Source: an uncultured delta proteobacterium (GTDB taxonomy: Bacteria; Myxococcota_A; Polyangia; Polyangiales; Polyangiaceae). Taken from it: a stretch of 64,000 nucleotides of DNA. The position numbers were made by a program, and so were the translations under genes. The notes under the pieces were generated by a model. The model was not told the origin of the DNA and ran no database searches. It worked only from the letters and a program-made list of their open reading frames with translations. This document shows positions 59,514 to 64,000 of the stretch, one piece after another. The number at the start of each line of letters is the position of its first letter. Positions within the stretch are counted from its first letter, which is position 1. Location of the stretch: the NCBI GenBank assembly GCA_963716725.1, contig CAVQUB010000006.1, positions 160,001 through 224,000 of the forward strand. The letters run 5' to 3'.

Positions 59514-61694
59514 ATGATCCCGTCCTCCCCGACCGAACCGGCGGGGGGTGCGACGAACGAAGCGTCGCCCCCGCTCGTCACCGAAGGTGACGTTACGTCA
59601 CGCCAGGCGGCCCCCAAGCGCGGGCTCACGGTGATCCGCGACGACGGCGAGCGGGTCGAGCCCGCCGTCCGCGGTGAACGATTGCTGCGCCTGGGCAACC
59701 GCGCGTTCCAAGGCGTCGACTCCCTGCTCCGGCGCGGCCTGCCCGTCGAGCTGAATCCGATGGCGCAGACCGGCGCCATCGCCAACACGGCGCTGATCAC
59801 CGCCATCGTCTCGGGCATCGTGCTGCTGCTCTGGTACTCGACCAGCGTGCACGACGCCTACGACTCCGTAGTCAGCATGGGACGCTCGCGCTTCGGCGCA
59901 GGCTTCGTGCGAAGCCTGCACCGATACAGCTCTGACGCGGCGCTCCTGTTCGTGCTCATGCACGCCGTGAAGCTGTTCTTCGAGCGCCGCTTCGGCGGTG
60001 CGCGCTGGCTGGCCTGGGTCACGGGACTGGCGCTGATCGGGCTCTTGTGGCTCGACGGCTGGCTCGGATACTGGCTGGTGTGGGACCAGCGGGGGCAGTT
60101 GGTCGCCCTCGGCTCAGGACGCTTGCTCGACGCGCTGCCGATCTTCGCCGACCCGCTGTCGCGCTCGTTCTTGGTCGACGACCGACTCAACTCGCTGCTG
60201 TTCTTCGTGGTCTTCTTCCTGCACATGCTCTTGCCGCTCGCGATGGGCGTCGCGCTGTGGCTCCACATCACGCGCCTGTCACGCCCATGGTTTTTGACCA
60301 AGCGCGTGATGACCGTTTGGGTCGTGGCGTCGCTCACGCTGGTGAGCCTCGCCTTGCCCGCCGACGTCGCGGCGCCGGCGAAGATGGCCGAGCACCCCGA
60401 GACCTTCAGCATCGACTGGTGGTATCTGGCGCCGATTTGGCTCACCGACCGCCTCGGTGGCGGTGCGCTCTGGGCCATCGTGCTGGGCTCCGGCGCCGTC
60501 TTGTTCTCGATCCCTTGGCTCTTGGCCCGGGGCCGAGCTCGAGTCGCGACGGTCATCGAGGCGCGCTGCAACGCGTGCGAGAAGTGCTACCAGGACTGCC
60601 CCTACGACGCGATCCAGATGGTGCCCCGCACGGACGACCAGCCGCATCGGGCCACGGCCAGCGTCGATCCGAGCAAATGCGTCGGCTGCGGCATCTGCGC
60701 GGGCTCCTGCGACTCCGCTGGGATCGGCCTCACCTGGTTCGACAGCATCCGACAACGTCACCGCATCGACGAGCTCGTGGATCAGACGCTCGGCGCCGAC
60801 CAAGGCCTGTGCCTGGCGTTGGTCTGCAACGAGTCGGCCGGCGGGCACCTGCATGTGGACGACGCGACGGCGCGGTCAGCCGAGCTCCCCGGCTACGCCG
60901 TCGTGCGCGTTCCCTGCGCGGGTTGGGTCCACCCGCTGACCGTCGAGCGGGCGCTCCGGCGCGGCGCGCGCGGCGTGCTCATCGTCGCCTCCGGCCCCGG
61001 AAGCTGCATGTACCGGGAGGGCAACCGCTGGACAGCCGAGCGCATGGCCGGCAAGCGCGAGCCAAGCTTCCGCGTCGACAAGGCCGATCGGAACCGGGTG
61101 CGCGTGCTCGAGCTGTACCGCAGCGAGGGCCAGCAGCTGATCGACGAGGCGCGGCGCTTTGCCCAGAGCGCCCCCACGAGCGACGTCGCAGCGCCGAGCT
61201 TTGGCCGTCGTCTGATCGTGGGTCTGGGCCTGGCGGCCCTCTTCGGCCTGGTCACCTACGCGGGCACCGCCGCGGCGTACCGGACTCCCGGCGATCCGTC
61301 GCCGACGCTCGTCGTCTCCTTCAAACATCCGGGCAAGGCCGGTGAGAACTGCCGCGAGGCCTCCAAGGAGGAGCTCGAGAAGCTGCCGCCGCACATGCGC
61401 CAAAAGCAGATCTGCGAGCGGCGCCGCGTCAGCGTGCGCTTGAGGGTCGAGGTCGACGGCAAGCAGCTCGTCCGGGGCGCCTACGAGCCGCGGGGGATTT
61501 GGGGCGATGGCAACAGCATCGCCATCGAGCGATTCTCGGTCCCGCCCGGCACCCACGACGTGACGATCGAGCTCGGCGACACCATGAACCCCAGCGAGTT
61601 CAACCACTCGACCACCCGCCGCATTGACTTGAAGGAAAGGCGTAACACCGTCGTTCTCTTCGACAAGATGGCGGGCTTCGCGTGGTACGAGTGA
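59514..61694 (+). CDS. Cytochrome b + 2x[4Fe-4S] ferredoxin + MvhD/FlpD-like fusion
   Basis: RSLHRYSSD..H, GYWLVWDQ, FFLH..WLH; CNACEKCYQDCP, CVGCGICAGSC; RVPCAG, CMYREGN. Confidence 0.85.
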   Translation: MIPSSPTEPAGGATNEASPPLVTEGDVTSRQAAPKRGLTVIRDDGERVEPAVRGERLLRLGNRAFQGVDSLLRRGLPVELNPMAQTGAIANTALITAIVSGIVLLLWYSTSVHDAYDSVVSMGRSRFGAGFVRSLHRYSSDAALLFVLMHAVKLFFERRFGGARWLAWVTGLALIGLLWLDGWLGYWLVWDQRGQLVALGSGRLLDALPIFADPLSRSFLVDDRLNSLLFFVVFFLHMLLPLAMGVALWLHITRLSRPWFLTKRVMTVWVVASLTLVSLALPADVAAPAKMAEHPETFSIDWWYLAPIWLTDRLGGGALWAIVLGSGAVLFSIPWLLARGRARVATVIEARCNACEKCYQDCPYDAIQMVPRTDDQPHRATASVDPSKCVGCGICAGSCDSAGIGLTWFDSIRQRHRIDELVDQTLGADQGLCLALVCNESAGGHLHVDDATARSAELPGYAVVRVPCAGWVHPLTVERALRRGARGVLIVASGPGSCMYREGNRWTAERMAGKREPSFRVDKADRNRVRVLELYRSEGQQLIDEARRFAQSAPTSDVAAPSFGRRLIVGLGLAALFGLVTYAGTAAAYRTPGDPSPTLVVSFKHPGKAGENCREASKEELEKLPPHMRQKQICERRRVSVRLRVEVDGKQLVRGAYEPRGIWGDGNSIAIERFSVPPGTHDVTIELGDTMNPSEFNHSTTRRIDLKERRNTVVLFDKMAGFAWYE

Positions 61695-61702
61695 CGGCCC
61701 CC

Positions 61703-63043
61703 ATGAGCGACGAGACGCCCTTTCGCACCATCATCGAGCCTTTTCGTATCAAGGCGGTGGAGCCCATCCCACACACGACGCGTTCCCAGCGGGACGCCTT
61801 GCTCGAGCGGGCCGGCTACAATCTGTTCAAGCTTCGCGCCGAGCACGTGACCATCGACCTGCTCACGGACTCTGGGACCGGCGCCATGAGCGATCGGCAA
61901 TGGGCGGCCCTGCTGGCCGGCGACGAGTCCTACGCGGGCAGCCGCAGCTACGATCGCTTCGAGACGACGGTGAAGCGGCTCACGGGATTCGAGCACGTCT
62001 TCCCCACGCACCAGGGGCGGGCCGCCGAACGCATCTTGTTCGAGGCCGTGGTGAAGCCCGGCGACGTGGTCCCGAACAACACCCACTTCGACACCACGCG
62101 CGCCAATCTCGAGCACGTCGGCGGCGTAGCGCTGGACATGCCCAAGAGCAGCGATGCCCGCTTCGGCGGCAACATCGATCTCGATCGCCTGGCGCAGGTG
62201 CTCGAAGGACCGGAGCACGTGCCGCTGGTGATGATGACGCTGACCAACAACGCCGTCGGCGGACAGCCCGTCTCACTCGAGAACATGCGCGCGGTCCGGG
62301 CGCTCTGCGATCGGCACCAGGTTCCGCTGATTGTCGACGCCGCCCGCTTCGCGGAGAACGCCTGGCTGATCAAGCGCCGCGAGCCGGGGTACCAAGACCA
62401 CACCCCGGAGCAGATCGCCCAAGAGCTCTTCGCGCTGGCTGACGGCTGCACGCTCAGCGCCAAGAAGGACGGCATCGTCAACATCGGCGGTGTGCTCGCC
62501 ACACGAAGCGCAGATTGGGCACGCAAGTTCGAGGTGCTCCTGATCCTGAGCGAAGGCTTCCCCACCTACGGCGGACTCGCGGGACGCGATCTGGAAGCGA
62601 TGGCCGTGGGCCTGATCGAGGCGCTCGATCCCGAGTACCTGCGCTACCGTGAGGCGACGGTGGCTTATCTGGCGCGCGGGCTCGAAAGAGCCGGGCTGCC
62701 CATCGTCGATCCTCCCGGCGGCCACGCGGTCTTCATCGACGCTGGCCGCGCGCTGCCGAATTTGGACCGCTCGGCGCTCCCCGCCCAAGCCATCGCCATC
62801 GAGCTCTATCGCGAGGGCGGCGTGCGTACGGTCGAGGTCGGCACCCTGATGTTCGGCGCCGCGGCCCAGCACGAGCTGGTGCGGGTCGCGCTTCCGCGAC
62901 GCGTGTACACCGCATCCCATGTGGACTGGGTGATCGAGACCGCCGAACGCGTCGCCGCACGCCTGGGCGAGCTCCGCGGCTATCGAATCGTCGAGGAGCC
63001 GCCGCTCCTCCGGCACTTCAGCGCGAAACTGCACCCGCTTTGA
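61703..63043 (+). CDS. tnaA: Tryptophanase / tyrosine phenol-lyase family PLP enzyme
   Basis: EPFRIKAVEP, IDLLTDSGT, THQGRAAE, SAKKDG, EGFPTYGG, PRRVYT; tnaA versus tpl not resolved. Confidence 0.82.
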   Translation: MSDETPFRTIIEPFRIKAVEPIPHTTRSQRDALLERAGYNLFKLRAEHVTIDLLTDSGTGAMSDRQWAALLAGDESYAGSRSYDRFETTVKRLTGFEHVFPTHQGRAAERILFEAVVKPGDVVPNNTHFDTTRANLEHVGGVALDMPKSSDARFGGNIDLDRLAQVLEGPEHVPLVMMTLTNNAVGGQPVSLENMRAVRALCDRHQVPLIVDAARFAENAWLIKRREPGYQDHTPEQIAQELFALADGCTLSAKKDGIVNIGGVLATRSADWARKFEVLLILSEGFPTYGGLAGRDLEAMAVGLIEALDPEYLRYREATVAYLARGLERAGLPIVDPPGGHAVFIDAGRALPNLDRSALPAQAIAIELYREGGVRTVEVGTLMFGAAAQHELVRVALPRRVYTASHVDWVIETAERVAARLGELRGYRIVEEPPLLRHFSAKLHPL

Positions 63044-63590
63044 GCGCCTCGCGGGGCCCCAGCAGATCTTCCAAGAAGTACGCCGACAGCCCGGCGCGGC
63101 CGGGCAGTCCGGCCTTCTTGTAGAGCGATTGCGCTTGCTGTCGCGCGGTGCGTTCGCTCACGCCTCGAAGATCGGCGATCTCGTGATGGCTCAGGCCCTT
63201 GAGCAACAAGAGGCCGATCTCGCGCTCCGCGGGCGACAGACCCCAGCGATCGAACTCACCGTCGATCGAGGCTGCGAGTCCGTCGAGCAAGTCCTTGGCC
63301 TCGGTTTTCCAGCGCTCCGCCTCGACGCGATGAGCCTCGGACTCGCCGCGCAGCGCCTTCGCCTCGGCCCGCGCCTCGTCGGCCTCGCTCCGAAGCGCCA
63401 ACCAGCGGCGTGCAAACAGCCCCCCCCCGGCGACGGCCATGCCCACGACCGCAACCTCGAGCACGAGGTGCGACAGGCTCGCACCATGCAGGTAATCCGC
63501 GAGCAGGTCCGAGCCGATGCTGATCCCGATCACTACGAACAAGACAGCACCCCAGAGCGTGCGGCGGGCTTCTCTTCGATCGTCGGCCAT
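63018..63590 (-). CDS. Membrane-anchored LuxR-HTH regulator
   Basis: Two TM helices, coiled coil, WGLSPAEREIGLLLLKGLS..ERTARQQ..YKKAG. Confidence 0.88.
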   Translation of the reverse strand: MADDRREARRTLWGAVLFVVIGISIGSDLLADYLHGASLSHLVLEVAVVGMAVAGGGLFARRWLALRSEADEARAEAKALRGESEAHRVEAERWKTEAKDLLDGLAASIDGEFDRWGLSPAEREIGLLLLKGLSHHEIADLRGVSERTARQQAQSLYKKAGLPGRAGLSAYFLEDLLGPREALKAGAVSR

Positions 63591-63686
63591 CGGTCCGTGC
63601 AGAGTAGTCGAGGCTTTTGCCGGGTGCTTCGAGCGAGATCGCCCGTTCCGAGGGTGCGAAGCAGACCTACATGCAGCATGCAGCAC

Positions 63687-63719
63687 CGCCTGACATCGCT
63701 CAAGTCGACATGTCAGGCG
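63687..63719. promoter_or_regulatory. Inverted repeat in a divergent promoter region
   Basis: cgcctgacat-N13-atgtcaggcg. Confidence 0.5.
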
Positions 63720-63757
63720 TCATGGCAAACAGCACCCGCGTCGCGGACAATCTCCCC

Positions 63758-64000
63758 ATGTCCGTAGTCCGACCGGTGTTCGTGGTTGGGGTCGTGGTGG
63801 CGAGCGTGCTGGCGGCGGCGGCGCCGGGCTGTTCGCAGCGCGACGTCGAGTCCGAGAGCACGTATTTCGACCGCAAGATCGCCCCGGTCTTGGCAGGGTC
63901 CTGCGCCCGGAGCCCGACGGGATCCCTGTGTCACGTCACCGCCGACGAGCGCGGCAACGCGCTGGGCAACCTGGACGTCACCAGCTACGACGTCCTGGCG
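63758..64000 (+). CDS. Lipoprotein, possibly a c-type cytochrome (partial)
   Basis: Hand translation: MSVVRPVFVVGVVVASVLAAAAPGCSQ...YFDRKIAPVLAGSCARSPTGSLCH. Confidence 0.6.
   Translation, partial: MSVVRPVFVVGVVVASVLAAAAPGCSQRDVESESTYFDRKIAPVLAGSCARSPTGSLCHVTADERGNALGNLDVTSYDVLA

Overview
GC-rich bacterial DNA whose gene content points to a myxobacterium (PEGA/TPR protein, Ser/Thr kinase, MglA-like GTPase, many Gly-rich lipoproteins); this assignment is an inference. Several conserved genes carry indels (nrdJ, hflX, the kinase), which suggests an imperfectly polished assembly. About 1-38.7 kb is mostly housekeeping and envelope genes: speE-like, acyl-CoA ligase, class II RNR with NrdR-like boxes, thiL, argH, dynamin, thrB, hflX, nadB, etfBA. 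The strongest candidate for a new system is an ~8.8 kb segment between two identical, complete tRNA-Pro(CGG) genes (38723 and 47571). It encodes a translationally coupled operon of three genes: an unknown protein, an AAA+ ATPase, and an Fe-S RecB/Cas4-type nuclease fused to an FtsK-type ATPase. These are followed by a Uma2 nuclease, a stand-alone wHTH preceded by a DriD-like operator, and a full WYL regulator. The layout suggests an uncharacterised defence or DNA-processing module. About 49.3-61.7 kb is an NO/anaerobic-respiration cluster built around a B-family-like heme-copper enzyme with Gln in place of the active-site Tyr (eNOR-like), plus a degenerate second subunit I, SCO and a cytochrome b-ferredoxin-MvhD fusion. 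All calls come from motif reading; no database searches were run.
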